Shown: piece by piece, positions 1 to 10,427 of the stretch
Layout of the letters: each line of letters starts with the position of its first letter
Numbering within the stretch: the first letter of the stretch is position 1
The notes under the pieces: generated by a model
The model's database searches: none
Told to the model about the DNA's origin: nothing
Seen by the model: the letters and a program-made list of their open reading frames with translations, nothing else
Origin: Neophaeotheca triangularis
Taxonomy: Eukaryota
Length of the DNA: 64,000 nucleotides
Direction of reading: 5' to 3'
Assembly: GCA_054600435.1 (NCBI GenBank)
Contig: BAAIJX010000020.1
Location: 186,001-250,000, forward strand
Made by a program: the position numbers and the translations under genes

Positions 1-577
1 GCGGGTCGGGTTGGTCGGGGGAGAAGAGGGCGCGGAGGTTGAGAGTGTGGCGGCGCGCGGTGCGGCGGTTTTGGCTGCCGGAGTCGGGGATCGTGGGGTC
101 GGTTTGCGGGCCGTGGGCTTGGGTTTCGAGGTGCCAGCGAAGGTGTCGGTTGGTTAGGGGTATGGAGACTGTGAGGGGGGTGGAGGGGTCGATGTTTTCG
201 GTCGAGGGCGCGCAGAGGCCGCAGGCTATGGGGGTTGTGGGGGTATCTGATGGTTGTTGTGCTGGGGAGTGGGTTTGGGCTTCTTGGATACGGGTGCTGG
301 AGCGGCCAAGGCGGGTGAAGTAACGGCCGCGGCGCATAGGGCTCGGGATCGAGGATGAGGAGGACGTTATGCTGGAACGTGGTTCCGGGGAGCTGGGCAG
401 CTCGGGGGAGGTGGGTCGGGTCAAAGGCATTGCTGTTCGGCGGCCGGACGAAGAGGAGCGCGAGGAGTCTCGGGTCTGAGGCAAGGATGGTTCGAAGACC
501 GTGGAGTCTATCGTGTCGTTGGTCCTAGCACTCTCCACGCCAGGATCCGGCTTGCGCTTGAAGATGGAAGAGAACAT
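1..577 (-). CDS. Hypothetical Pro/Ser-rich protein, 5' part only (runs off the window start)
   Basis: ATG at 577 opens a frame (MFSSIFKRKPDPGVESARTNDTIDSTVFEPSLPQ...) with no stop before position 1. No family motif recognised. Confidence 0.4.
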   Translation of the reverse strand, partial: MFSSIFKRKPDPGVESARTNDTIDSTVFEPSLPQTRDSSRSSSSGRRTAMPLTRPTSPELPSSPEPRSSITSSSSSIPSPMRRGRYFTRLGRSSTRIQEAQTHSPAQQPSDTPTTPIACGLCAPSTENIDPSTPLTVSIPLTNRHLRWHLETQAHGPQTDPTIPDSGSQNRRTARRHTLNLRALFSPDQPDP

Positions 578-817
578 CGCCAGAGCTGGGGGTATGGAAC
601 GCTGAGTCGGGTACCAATGTCCGGAGTTGAAGGGGTAAGCTCAGCTAACAAAATTTTACCTAAGATATAGATCAGTGTTGTAGAGAAAAGGTTGAACTAC
701 TTAGCAGAGTTTCTATAGTAAGATAAGGGATAACCACTGTAGTCGTCCGTCAATATACGGTGCTTTAGCACACGTTTCTATGTGCTGTCCTCGCGGACAG
801 CGCACTATTACTAACAG

Positions 818-1075
818 TACTACGTACTTTAGTAAAGTCCCGTGGTCCTAAGCAAACTTATTTTCGATAGGTAGGGGTTTTATATGTCCTTGTAGCTATT
901 GTATTGTTACTAACCCTACTAAGTGGTTTAGTAAAGTCTTGTAGTCTTAAGCAAACCATTTTCCGATAGTAAGGCGTGTTTGATGTCCTTATAGCTATCG
1001 TATAGTTACTGACCCTACTACGTGGTTTAATAAAGTCCCCTAGTCCTTAGCAAACTATCTTCTCATAGTAGGAGC
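818..1075. repeat. Degenerate 99-bp tandem repeat (about 2.6 copies) in a TpA-rich, RIP-like island (~640-1090)
   Basis: The anchor a(g/a)taaagtc recurs at 831, 930 and 1029 (period 99). The blocks agcaaac and atgtcctt(g/a)tagctat also recur. Copies differ largely by C/T and G/A transitions. Confidence 0.85.
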
Positions 1076-1183
1076 TCAACGTGACCTCGAAGAGTCTCCG
1101 CTGTGCATCTGTGGCTAGTCTGTTAGCACTTAGTCTTCATGATGCCATTGGCATCTTACTTGCATCAGAGCGAATCTCCCTGT

Positions 1184-2032
1184 CTACTTTCCCTCGGCGT
1201 CCCTTCTCTTATTCCACTCACAGCACTCAGAGAACGCAACGCCTTTTCCCCCAAAGATATCCAAAGCACTTCCAATGGTAAGATCAACCTTGCCCCCCGA
1301 CAGCCGCTCAACAAGTTCCAGATCCTGCAAATTCCTTCCACCACCAGCGTAAGTCACAGGGATACTACAAATCTCTGCCAAAAATCCAACGAGCTCCTCA
1401 TCGATACCCTTCTGCAAACCCTCGGCGTCCGCGGCGTGGATGAGGAACTCGCTACAGTAGGGCTCCAAGAGCGCGATATTGTCCTTGGTGATTTCGAAGT
1501 CCGTGATGGTCTGCCATTTGTCCATGGCCACTCGCCAGCCGTTACCCACGCGACGGCAGCTGAGGTCGATGACGAGTTGGGAAGTTTCGCCACCGAGGTT
1601 TTCGAGTACGGATTGGAGGCGTGGGAGGGAGAAGGTCCCAGAGGGGAAGAGGAAAGATGTTATTATGACCTACTGCTCAGCGTTAGAGTCATTCGTTAAG
1701 CAAAGATGGAAGAGGATGCAAAGGTAGCGTACCCTTTCAGCACCTGCATCGATCCAGTCTTTGGCATTGCTGTCTTTGATGCCGCCGCCGACTTGCAAGC
1801 CTTGGGGCCATGCTGATAGTGCTTCTTTCGCTGCCGTGTCGTTTCCGGGGCCTAACATAATGACATGACCGCCTCTTAGCTCATTGAGGCGGTAGAGATC
1901 GGCATAGTATGCGGATGGATGCTCGGATGTGTAGTTGGTCTTGAGCTCTGCCGCGACTGTAGTCAAGGAGCCTCCGACAATCTGCTTCACAGAGCCTGCG
2001 TGCAAGTCTATACACGGCCTGAAGCGCGTCAT
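1184..2032 (-). CDS. HIS6: ProFAR isomerase (HisA/His6, histidine biosynthesis); exons 2032-1733 and 1669-1184
   Basis: MTRFRPCIDLHAGSVKQIVGG, GGHVIMLG, LQVGGGI, EFLIHAADAEGLQKGIDEELV, VTYAGG and DLTIGSALDIFGG motifs. Intron 1732-1670 (GTACGC...CTAAC...TAG) joins the two ORFs in frame. Confidence 0.95.
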
Positions 2033-2197
2033 CTTGAACACTGCAGCGATCTATACTAGCCCTGAGGTCAAAGATGGCTTGTCGTGGAGAGGATCAGATC
2101 GCGTGAAGTCGAGCCCACGCGAATACTTAGTCAGCTTTCGAGATTTCCGCCAAGAATCCAACTCCAACCTCACTTCACAGCAACGTATCCGACAACA

Positions 2198-3181
2198 ATG
2201 GCCAATCATCTTGGAAAACGTAAAAGGCGCGCGGAATCACAGAAGCCCGCGAAAGAAGAATCGCCCTCGAGTTCAGGAGACGATGCAGCGATCCGAGCAG
2301 CTTTTCAACGAGCTTTCGAGGCCAAATTCAACCCGGTAGAGGTGGAGACGAAACCCGCTGCAGAGGCTGGAAGAGTGCTGGAAAATGACCGAAGCGACGA
2401 AGAAGACTCGGATGACGACTGGAGTGGCTTCTCCGGGGACGAGGAGGACGATAATGAGGACGAGGACGAGACTACCGAGGGCGTCGAGACCGTAGAATTC
2501 GGAGCGCCCCGTACCATAGACCGCGAACAAGAGAAAGCGGAAAAGAAAGCATTCATGGTAGGCAGTTTATTTTACATTATCCACCACGATCCCACTAACC
2601 TTCCCGACCACCAGTCCTCCAAACCCCCCAGCTCCGACCGCAATCCCACCACTACCAGCACAAGCAAGCGCAAACCCACGCAATCCGCCGACGGTAACGA
2701 AGACGGCAATTCCGAAGCCACGAACTTGAAACATGACCTCGACCTCCAGCGCTTACTGAAAGAAGCCCACCTTCTCGACCCCGCGACAACGTCCGCGACA
2801 GCCTCGACAGCCCCTGAAGGCAAAGCGCGGCTCAAAGCGCTCGATTCCCGCATCCTCGGGCTTGGGGCGAAGAAGTCGGCGCTCGAGCAGGAGCGCATGC
2901 CGATTGCGCATCGCAAGGGGATGGTGCAGAGGGGTGGGGAGAGGGAGGCCAAGAGAAGGAAAGAGGCGCAAGAGAATGGTGTTATTCTGGAGAGACCGCG
3001 TAAAGGAGCGGCGGTGGGGAAGAAGGCTGGTAGTGCTGGGCGCGATGGGAAGAGGGATATGGTGGATGGGCCAAGTGTAGGCAAATTTAGGAATGGGATG
3101 TTGACGCTGAGTAAGAATGATGTGAAGAGCATTGAGGGGAGGAAGGGCGGTGGAGGTGGGAAGAAGAAGGGAAAGAGGTGA
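2198..3181 (+). CDS. FAF1: Faf1-like 40S ribosome biogenesis / pre-rRNA processing protein; intron 2558-2614
   Basis: Acidic N-terminal half, then NLKHDLDLQRLLKEAHLL, ERMPIAHRKGM, RRKEAQENGVILE and GPSVGKFRNGMLTLSKNDV, which match my recollection of Faf1. The 57-nt intron is GTAGGC...ACTAAC...CAG. Confidence 0.8.
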   Translation: MANHLGKRKRRAESQKPAKEESPSSSGDDAAIRAAFQRAFEAKFNPVEVETKPAAEAGRVLENDRSDEEDSDDDWSGFSGDEEDDNEDEDETTEGVETVEFGAPRTIDREQEKAEKKAFMVGSLFYIIHHDPTNLPDHQSSKPPSSDRNPTTTSTSKRKPTQSADGNEDGNSEATNLKHDLDLQRLLKEAHLLDPATTSATASTAPEGKARLKALDSRILGLGAKKSALEQERMPIAHRKGMVQRGGEREAKRRKEAQENGVILERPRKGAAVGKKAGSAGRDGKRDMVDGPSVGKFRNGMLTLSKNDVKSIEGRKGGGGGKKKGKR

Positions 3182-3430
3182 GGGGATGTTGGGGTGTTCC
3201 AGTTTGTATAGAGTGTGGGCGTGGTACGGTTTTGATAATGCAAACGCAACCTCCCGCGAGATTGGACGATAAACCTGCCGTGACACCTGCCTGCTAGCAT
3301 CGCCGCATGCGACTGGTGTTACCTACAGTACAGCTACTTGATCGCCATTCCACATGTCCATCGAGCGAACTTAATCCTTCTCACCAAGCTCCCGACCAAG
3401 ACAAAGGCCGAGCTCTCAAGCATGAAAAAT

Positions 3431-4293
3431 AAATGTAAATGGTGACCTGTCAGGAAAGCCCCGAACCCTCCAGGACAAGCCGACACGGGGGCCAAAAACT
3501 TGCTTGAAAACGAGGTCATTGCCACTGAACCGAGCCCTCCCAGACAAACCGACCCGGAGGCCAGGCGTTTGCTCAAGGAGGACGAAGTTCAGTACCACGG
3601 CGTCTCCCGTAAAGGTTAGAGTGCTTTGAATTCATCATTCAGGTTGCGCATGCCCCAGGACCACGATGCATTTTGTTAATGAGGACTGCCGCCCCAGATA
3701 GGCCGCCAAAGAACTTCTTCCACCCGCGTGGACACTGACCCAAGCCTAGCTCGCCGACTTGGAGCGACCCCAGCTGCTGTGAGCGAGCTTTGTTTGACCT
3801 GAAGCACAGGGTTTTGCATGCTTCAGGGTAGATAGGCCGCCAGAGCTTTTCACCCTCCGGATGGTGACACTGACCCAACGCCCAGCTCGTCGACGTGGAG
3901 TGACCCTTCGTCGAAATCAATCGACACAGCCCAAGCCCAGGGTTTTGAGGGCGGGCAAATCGGGGACTTTTGCTGTTGACCTGAGCCGCGTGCCCCGAAA
4001 GCCACGGCATCTTGAGGAGCGTGGCGCAAACGCCCCTCAAGTGGTCGCAGTCCCCTCTGACGGGCTCTACCCCACCCCCCAGGCAGGATGAGGGAGCACA
4101 CTGAAAGAGGAGACCGCAGATAGTTAGTATCCAGAAGGCCGGGTCCTGTTTCGCACGTTAGCAACTTCACTGGTAATATGGTGCAGTGTGATGAAGGTGT
4201 GGTGAAGAGTGATGTCAGGGTGAGGGAAGAGGAAGGTGTAGTGGGTGAGGTGAGGTGAACGCAATGCAGATGTTAGCAGAAGGTCAGACTTAC
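3431..4293 (-). ncRNA. Candidate long structured non-coding RNA (~700 nt) downstream of a spliceosomal intron
   Basis: Many long stems whose wobble pairs are G-U only on the minus strand (e.g. 4011-4022/4030-4041, 3962-3968/4049-4055, 3798-3806/3819-3827, 3524-3530/3587-3593, 3443-3448/3513-3518). Donor GTAAGT at 4293 with acceptors at 4146 and 4101. Ends ACAUUU at 3436-3431. No convincing protein. Confidence 0.55.
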
Positions 4294-5776
4294 CAAGGAA
4301 GTCCATTGGGAGTAGGCGAAAGATCCTGGAGCTGGGCGCCTCCTTGTTGGGAGAGAGAGAAAGGGAAGAGGAAGTCGAAGAGGAGGGGAGCTCGGTTTTG
4401 TTCTTGCGAAAAGCAAGCTCGGACCACCACTTTAGGTAAGCATGCAGGAGCAGGTGACCATGGTGACGACGCTAGCGTCCTGCAAAGAGGCCTGGGCCCG
4501 TCATGGAAGGGACTAGAAGGCAGGCAGCGCAGGCAGTGAAGCGAGGAAGACGAGAAGTGAAGGCTACGGTTAGACATAGGCGATTTGGAAGCTTGTTAGG
4601 TGTAGTATCAGAAGTGATGCGGGACTCAGAACAGTACTCATACCAACTGCAGGGGCCGGCTACAAGATTACGGTTCTTTGGGGGAAAGGGATAGAGCACA
4701 TAAGGCATGTCCTTCACGAATCACAGTGGTCCAGTGAAGAGATGCACGCAGCACAGCAATCCCCAACCTTTGGCTTTCACGAGTTACCAGCGGCGAACAT
4801 ACTACATACTAGCCTTGCTTCATTCTCAATAGCTTCTCCCTCCCAAGGTGGTGAGCTTTGAAGGCCGCTGGGATCGCCGCCGGGACTGGTAGGTTGATGA
4901 GCATACTTAGCAGGTCTTTGGATGGGGACGCACGGCGCAATCGAAACATGTATACTTGAAATGTACGCAGCAGTTCTCTTACTCGCAACGACTACTCGCG
5001 AGCAACCCTCACTGACATCTCGCAGGGCATATGTTATCAACTAGATACAGCTAGTAGGCAGCCTGACTCCTTGAAGTAGCGTGGAGCCAACTTTTTGGCG
5101 TTAAAAAATAGCACTCACGGATAGAAGACTTCTACGGCAGTATTAGATTTAAGTACGTCAGCTGCATTGAAGATCGGTTCCGCAGGTGAGCGCGAGACTC
5201 GGCCCATCCGCTACTGAGTATTTCGAATTCGAGCTTCAACCCAGCTTGCTCGCCTTCATGAACCTGTACTTCTTCGACTTCGCTGCGCTTCCACTTTGGG
5301 CCGGAATTTGATTTTGAAGAATTTGCAGAAGCTCCTCTTCACGGTACCAACAGTTCGCGCTCTCCTGTCAAGGGCTCCTCCAGTCAAGGCAGGCCGAGCC
5401 CGATTTTCCTATTTCTGGAGCGTTTGAGGGTAGCAAAAGCATCGCAGAGGCTTAAGCGCAGGATAAGATACCCAATATGCAATTACTCGGCCGCTCAAGT
5501 TGATAGATTGCAACACATGGGTGATGTGAGGAGAGGGTTGGATGGGATGTCGTCGAAGTGAAGCTCCGATATCGGCGTGATCAATACGGCTTCCCAAATC
5601 TACAACGACTTTGGGCAGCTAATGAACTTTTCTACAACAAACGAGCGAGAGATAACGTCAAGGTATTTCTACTACCAGAGCAATGAAAAACGGCGCCAGC
5701 TAAAGCGTGGGAAACACACTGCGGCTCAGGTAGCATTTCTCTTAGAAACGTGACCCTCACATAGAACGATTCACTC

Positions 5777-6757
5777 TCACCCGCTCCACCACGCTCCACC
5801 CGCCTCGAATGCCCCCTGCAAACTCCCAAACCGTTGCCACACTAGAGCAGCCAGTCCAACACCCACCGGCACCGCCCCCATGACTGCCATCTTGCCCACC
5901 ATCTTCCCAAATCCCACCCACCACAATATGCCGTGAAAGTCGACAAACTGCTTCGAATCATTAACCATCGGCAGCGCCTCTCCCTCCCCTTGCGGCTTCT
6001 CAACCTTCAAAAACCCGCACAGCGGCGCCCACCCATCCTGCACTCTAAACTCCAACAGCCTCTCCTTCGGCACAACTCTCCGAACATGCTCATAATGCGC
6101 CTCAAAAGCCCTTCCCACCGCCTCACTCTCCTCAAACTCCCCCTGGGCAATCGGCATGTTAACGCCAAAAGCAGGCGGCATCATCAAACGCGCAAACCGC
6201 CACCAAGGCCCCACGACCGCGCCGTCCCAGCGCGCTATCAGGGGCCAGCCCCACCATTGCGCAACTCGCCCAATACTCGCCTGCATGCTCTTGCGCCACT
6301 TACCGACCTCCCGCGTCTGCAACACCACCAGTGCGTCGGGATAAGCCGCCACCAGCTCTTCCACGAACATACAGCACGGCACATCGGCCACGGCGTCGTA
6401 GTTGCCGAGTAGTTTGTCAAACTCCTCCCGGCCCCAGGGTTTCATGAGCGCGCTCCCGCTGTTGTCGTTGTGGTATTTGGCTCGCAGGGCTTCGCTCCAG
6501 GCTTCAAAGTTTGTCTTTGGGGAGGAGATGGCCACCGCCATGTGGTAGGGTTTGTAGCCTAGTTGTTGGAGGGCGGTGAAGAGGGTCATGGTCCCTGTGC
6601 GTGAAAGGCCGAGGCAAAGAACGCGCATCGGGACTGTACGGGTTCCGGGGTGGGAGTCGATGAGGCGGTGCGTGGTGGGGTGGGGGGTTAGGGTATACGG
6701 TTCGGTCGTCTTGCGGGGGTCGGTCGTAGAGAGGAGGGTGTGGGTGGGGTTGGCCAT
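5777..6757 (-). CDS. P-loop sulfotransferase-like protein (Sulfotransfer_4-type) with a C-terminal hydrophobic segment
   Basis: MRVLCLGLSRTGTMTLFTALQQLGYKPYHM, YDAVADVP, AAYPDALVVLQTR and VPKERLLEFRVQDGWAPLCGFL are typical of this fungal family. Intronless, 326 aa. Confidence 0.88.
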   Translation of the reverse strand: MANPTHTLLSTTDPRKTTEPYTLTPHPTTHRLIDSHPGTRTVPMRVLCLGLSRTGTMTLFTALQQLGYKPYHMAVAISSPKTNFEAWSEALRAKYHNDNSGSALMKPWGREEFDKLLGNYDAVADVPCCMFVEELVAAYPDALVVLQTREVGKWRKSMQASIGRVAQWWGWPLIARWDGAVVGPWWRFARLMMPPAFGVNMPIAQGEFEESEAVGRAFEAHYEHVRRVVPKERLLEFRVQDGWAPLCGFLKVEKPQGEGEALPMVNDSKQFVDFHGILWWVGFGKMVGKMAVMGAVPVGVGLAALVWQRFGSLQGAFEAGGAWWSG

Positions 6758-7404
6758 GTTTGGGGTTGGAGGGGTCTGGTCGGTCCTGGTTGATGTCTAG
6801 GGTACTGGGTAGGTTGAGCGAAGCTGATCGAGTTTGAATGTTCCAGGCGGAGGGTCAGAGACTGTGGGTGCTGGCGACGGCGATGTTGGAGTTGCGTAGT
6901 GCGGACTGCACAGGCTGTCTCTTATGTGGCTGCGTCTGCGTCCCTTCACGGGGTTTCCGACGATAACATGAGCTGACGTGAGCTGACATGGCCAGCTGAA
7001 CTCGCCTACGCACCTCAAGGCGCTAGGATGCGGCTGAACCATAGCCGAGCAGCGTCAGCAGCAAGCGACTACTTCTCTCCGCTCAAAGCGAGAGCAAGGA
7101 AGCGAGAAAAGCAAACGAGAACGACACAGAACTTCGAAAGGCCGAAGGTATGACAGGAAAATAGGGGGAAAAAAGGGAAAGTGAAATCGAAAATAGTCGA
7201 AAGCTTGGTTTGGCTTCCAAATAGTAGCAGCAACAGCATTGTCCACCTTGGGGTATCCCGCAAACTCCGCATTCAATATGACCGCCGACCAAGTGCCTTT
7301 TCGATTCCTCGCATGCCTTTGAACGCATTGCATGGATCCCGCACCAACGCCTCGCTTGTAGCACGCTCCTCCCCTCTTTCCCACGCCAAACATTACCTCG
7401 GATT

Positions 7405-9270
7405 CTACCGCCTATACAGCTCCCTATCTCTCTCCCGTGCCGGCGGCGGACCTTGCCTTCCCCCACCACGTCTTCCAGGACTGCGACTCCGGGTTCGTTC
7501 CCGAGGAGCTTCTTGATCCCGATAAGCGCGAGGATCGAGCTCTCGACTAGCGCCCCTCGAAGGCCCACGGTCATCGTACATGTCTCTGTCCCTATCTCTG
7601 TCGCGGAAAGCTGGTCTTCGGTCGTCACCACGCACAGGAACGTCTTCGCGGTAGCCACCAGCGCGAGGTGGAGGCGGGGCGTCGGCGTCGTAATTAGGGA
7701 TGTAACTGTCTGTGTCCGCCGCGTCACGGTTGCGGCCACCTGCGCCACCTCTGTTCCCGCGGTTTGTGGGCGGAGGTTCGTCGCGGCGAGTTAGTGGAGG
7801 GCCGCTGTCGTAGCGGTGGCCGGCTCCTGGCGGGCCGCGATCGGGGTAAGGGGGTGGAGGGTAGTCTGGGCGTGCAGGTAAGGGGTGGCCACCGTTACGG
7901 GGAGGGCCTGACGGTGGGCCACGGTCAATCTGGCGCCAGCCTGGAGGTCGGCCGTCCATGCCCGGTGGTCGCGAGCCGCGGTCGTCGTAGCCGCGGTTAT
8001 CACGACGAGGAGGAGGGTCTCGGCTGCCACGGTAGCGGTCGTTGAAATTGTTGTAGTTGTACCCGTTTGAGAAGTTAGCTTGGAGGTCTTCATTGTTACC
8101 GACCGTGCCGCCTTTGGGTGCTGGAGGGAGAGCTTGCGACTTTTCTTGCCCTCGTATTCTTGAGTCGAGCTCGTGGGAGTCCTTGAATCTTGGGAGCTGT
8201 CCTGGAGGGGTTGGTTTTGGATCGATTTTGAAGTATACGTGATCAAGGGCATCGAAAGCGTTGATCCGCTCGCGCCAGTTAAGGCATAGGAGTTTCTTGA
8301 GCAGATCAAGACCTTCGCGACCCAAAGCGCGGCCGAAGCGATTGTCGATATTGCCGCTCTTCCGTGCCCAGTCTCGGTGGCCTTCGCAACCCGGCAACTC
8401 TGACCATCCTGGCATGTTGTTCTCGTTGGGCGACCCCAGCAGCTCGAAGATTCGTACACACTGGTCAACGTCTGTCCGACCCTCTAAGATAGGCTTGCGC
8501 TCGAACATCTCCGCAAACACGCATCCTACACCCCAAATGTCAATGGCGGGAGTATACTGTCTCAAGCTGAGCAGCAACTCCGGTGGCCGATACCATCTCG
8601 TCACGACCAAGCTGGTATAGTCCCTGACCGCCTTGCCATTCCCCTGACCGGGTTGTGGTGTCGGCCCATCGTAATGTCTCGCAAGCCCAAAATCCGCAAT
8701 CTGCAGCAACCCGCTGTTCGCGATTAGAATGTTCGCCGCCTTCATGTCACGATGCAGGATATGCGAGTCGTGCAGATAGCGCACGCCTTCCAGTAACTGC
8801 AGCATGTAGCACTTGACCTGACCAGGACTGAATGCACCAATATCCGGGTTGGTAAGCATACCGCTCAGATCGTGATCCATGTACGGTGTGACCATATAAA
8901 GCGTCGCTCGCTTCTTACCCCTCTTCCCCTTCTCATCTGGCGGTTGCCTTTCCACAGCCATCTCCTCCAGCGTGAGAATGTTGGGATGGCTCAGCATCTT
9001 CAACAGCTTCACCTCGCGCAGCGCTGTGATGGGAAAGCCGTCCTTTTCGTTGTGAATGATGATCTTTTTGAGTGCCATCATTTGCCCGGTGCGTTTAGAT
9101 GTGGCCTTTGACACTAGACCAAAGGTGCCCTCTCCCAGCTTTTCCTGCACCATTTGGTAGTCGTTGATGTTTGCGCTGCCACGGAAACGGCGTTGGGTAG
9201 GATCGGTCAGGTCATGTTCGGGAGTAGGGGGATGATATGCTGGGCTTTCCGAGCCGTCCACCGTCGCCAT
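7405..9270 (-). CDS. BUR1: Cyclin-dependent CTD kinase Bur1/Sgv1 (CDK9 orthologue)
   Basis: GEGTFG loop, PITALRE cyclin-binding helix, [27 protein letters not shown], and a long Arg/Asp/Pro-rich C-terminal tail. Confidence 0.93.
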   Translation of the reverse strand: MATVDGSESPAYHPPTPEHDLTDPTQRRFRGSANINDYQMVQEKLGEGTFGLVSKATSKRTGQMMALKKIIIHNEKDGFPITALREVKLLKMLSHPNILTLEEMAVERQPPDEKGKRGKKRATLYMVTPYMDHDLSGMLTNPDIGAFSPGQVKCYMLQLLEGVRYLHDSHILHRDMKAANILIANSGLLQIADFGLARHYDGPTPQPGQGNGKAVRDYTSLVVTRWYRPPELLLSLRQYTPAIDIWGVGCVFAEMFERKPILEGRTDVDQCVRIFELLGSPNENNMPGWSELPGCEGHRDWARKSGNIDNRFGRALGREGLDLLKKLLCLNWRERINAFDALDHVYFKIDPKPTPPGQLPRFKDSHELDSRIRGQEKSQALPPAPKGGTVGNNEDLQANFSNGYNYNNFNDRYRGSRDPPPRRDNRGYDDRGSRPPGMDGRPPGWRQIDRGPPSGPPRNGGHPLPARPDYPPPPYPDRGPPGAGHRYDSGPPLTRRDEPPPTNRGNRGGAGGRNRDAADTDSYIPNYDADAPPPPRAGGYREDVPVRGDDRRPAFRDRDRDRDMYDDRGPSRGASRELDPRAYRDQEAPRERTRSRSPGRRGGGRQGPPPARERDRELYRR

Positions 9271-9567
9271 GATGGGTAGTAGTGGACCGGTTGCCGTAGA
9301 TGATGTGTCTGAAGAGGCCAGTTAAGAGTGTTGTCGCTAGCAGGCGTCGGGCGCGTACCGAGGGAGTGACATGTAGAAGCGAGAGTGCGCGATAGACAGT
9401 CGCAAGGTTGCCAGCACCCTCTCGTATCTTCTCTTGTCTACTAGTCGACTCTTCATCTAGACAGCACGGCCGTTTTCCTGTAGAGCTTCTCTTCATTCAA
9501 TGTACAGTCGCGACGCCGGCAGAACTGCGGCCATCGGACCCTTCTCCGTCGGCGCCGAGACCTATCC

Positions 9568-9574
9568 TGATTGG
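9568..9574 (-). promoter_or_regulatory. CCAAT box (CCAATCA) in the divergent BUR1/NDUFB2-like promoter
   Basis: TGATTGG lies about 140 bp upstream of a respiratory-chain gene and fits the HAP/CBC consensus. It is short enough to occur by chance. Confidence 0.35.
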
Positions 9575-9713
9575 CTCTGAGCATTGCGACGCTGTACACC
9601 TCTGCGAACCTCACCTCACGAGCGCTCCACTACTAGCGCAAACAACACAAGCAAACATAGCCTCAACATGCAGCCGTAAGCAAGCTGAAAACTCCTGGTC
9701 CATTGCATTACCA

Positions 9714-9995
9714 ATGCTCACTATGAACAGCACCCTACGAAGAATGGCCGGTCCTGCAGGCGCCCACCCCAAGGGAACCCACGGCCACCCCATCCACATC
9801 CACCCCGCTCGCCCGCTCTACAGATTCGCTGCCACTGGTCTCGGAGCTTCTATGTGGTTCTTTGTGCGTAGCCGACCCAATACCACGGGGAGTGACTGGG
9901 ATATATTTGGCTAACAGCCTTCGAAACAGCTCATGTACCGCATGCGACAGGACGGCGCCGTTTTGTTCGGCTTCAAGCACCCGTGGGATCACTGA
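9714..9995 (+). CDS. Mitochondrial complex I accessory subunit, NDUFB2/AGGG-like; intron 9864-9929
   Basis: Spliced product (MLTMNSTLRR)MAGPAGAHPKGTHGHPIHIHPARPLYRFAATGLGASMWFF|LMYRMRQDGAVLFGFKHPWDH*. Intron GTGCGT...GCTAAC...CAG. The start could be 9714, 9723 or 9744. Confidence 0.85.
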
Positions 9996-10427
9996 ATGCG
10001 GGGTTAAGGATCTTTGGGAATGAGGATGAGAAATTACAGGTTGATGTCGCCGTCATGTGCGGGAAGCGGCGAGGAAGTTGTACATACCGCGGAAGCAAAG
10101 GCGTATTAGGCGTTCATAACAGAAGTTGAGGAGGAGCTGCAGATACAGCTGCTAGATTATCAAGAGGGCAATATGCACATCCAGTATGATTTAAAGCAGC
10201 TTGTAAGTCAATGCCTCCCGTACCTACAATCTAGCAGGTATGCCTCAAGTTGAAAACAACAAAAAATTGGCGAGAAGGCGTCGAAGTAGACCTCGAGGAA
10301 GCTGGTAAACAAGAACAAGATGGCTATACATGTCGTGGCATTCACAACAAGAAAAACTGCAAAAAGAACCCTCCTTTCCCGTTAAGTACTGAGGGAGAAA
10401 TACCATGTAAATCTGGTTTTACTTATC

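Noticed and set aside
3830..3906. HDV-like ribozyme reading of the duplicated domain (UCCACGU...GAGCUGGGC resembles the HDV L3/P1/P1.1 region)
   Set aside because: A proper 3-bp P3 and the J4/2 catalytic C-(N)-A-A segment cannot be built consistently in both copies.
3431..5700. Telomerase RNA or snR30/U17 identity for the structured RNA
   Set aside because: I found no UAACCCUAA-type template on either strand and no AUAUUCCUA/AAACCAU m1/m2 motifs in the terminal hairpin.
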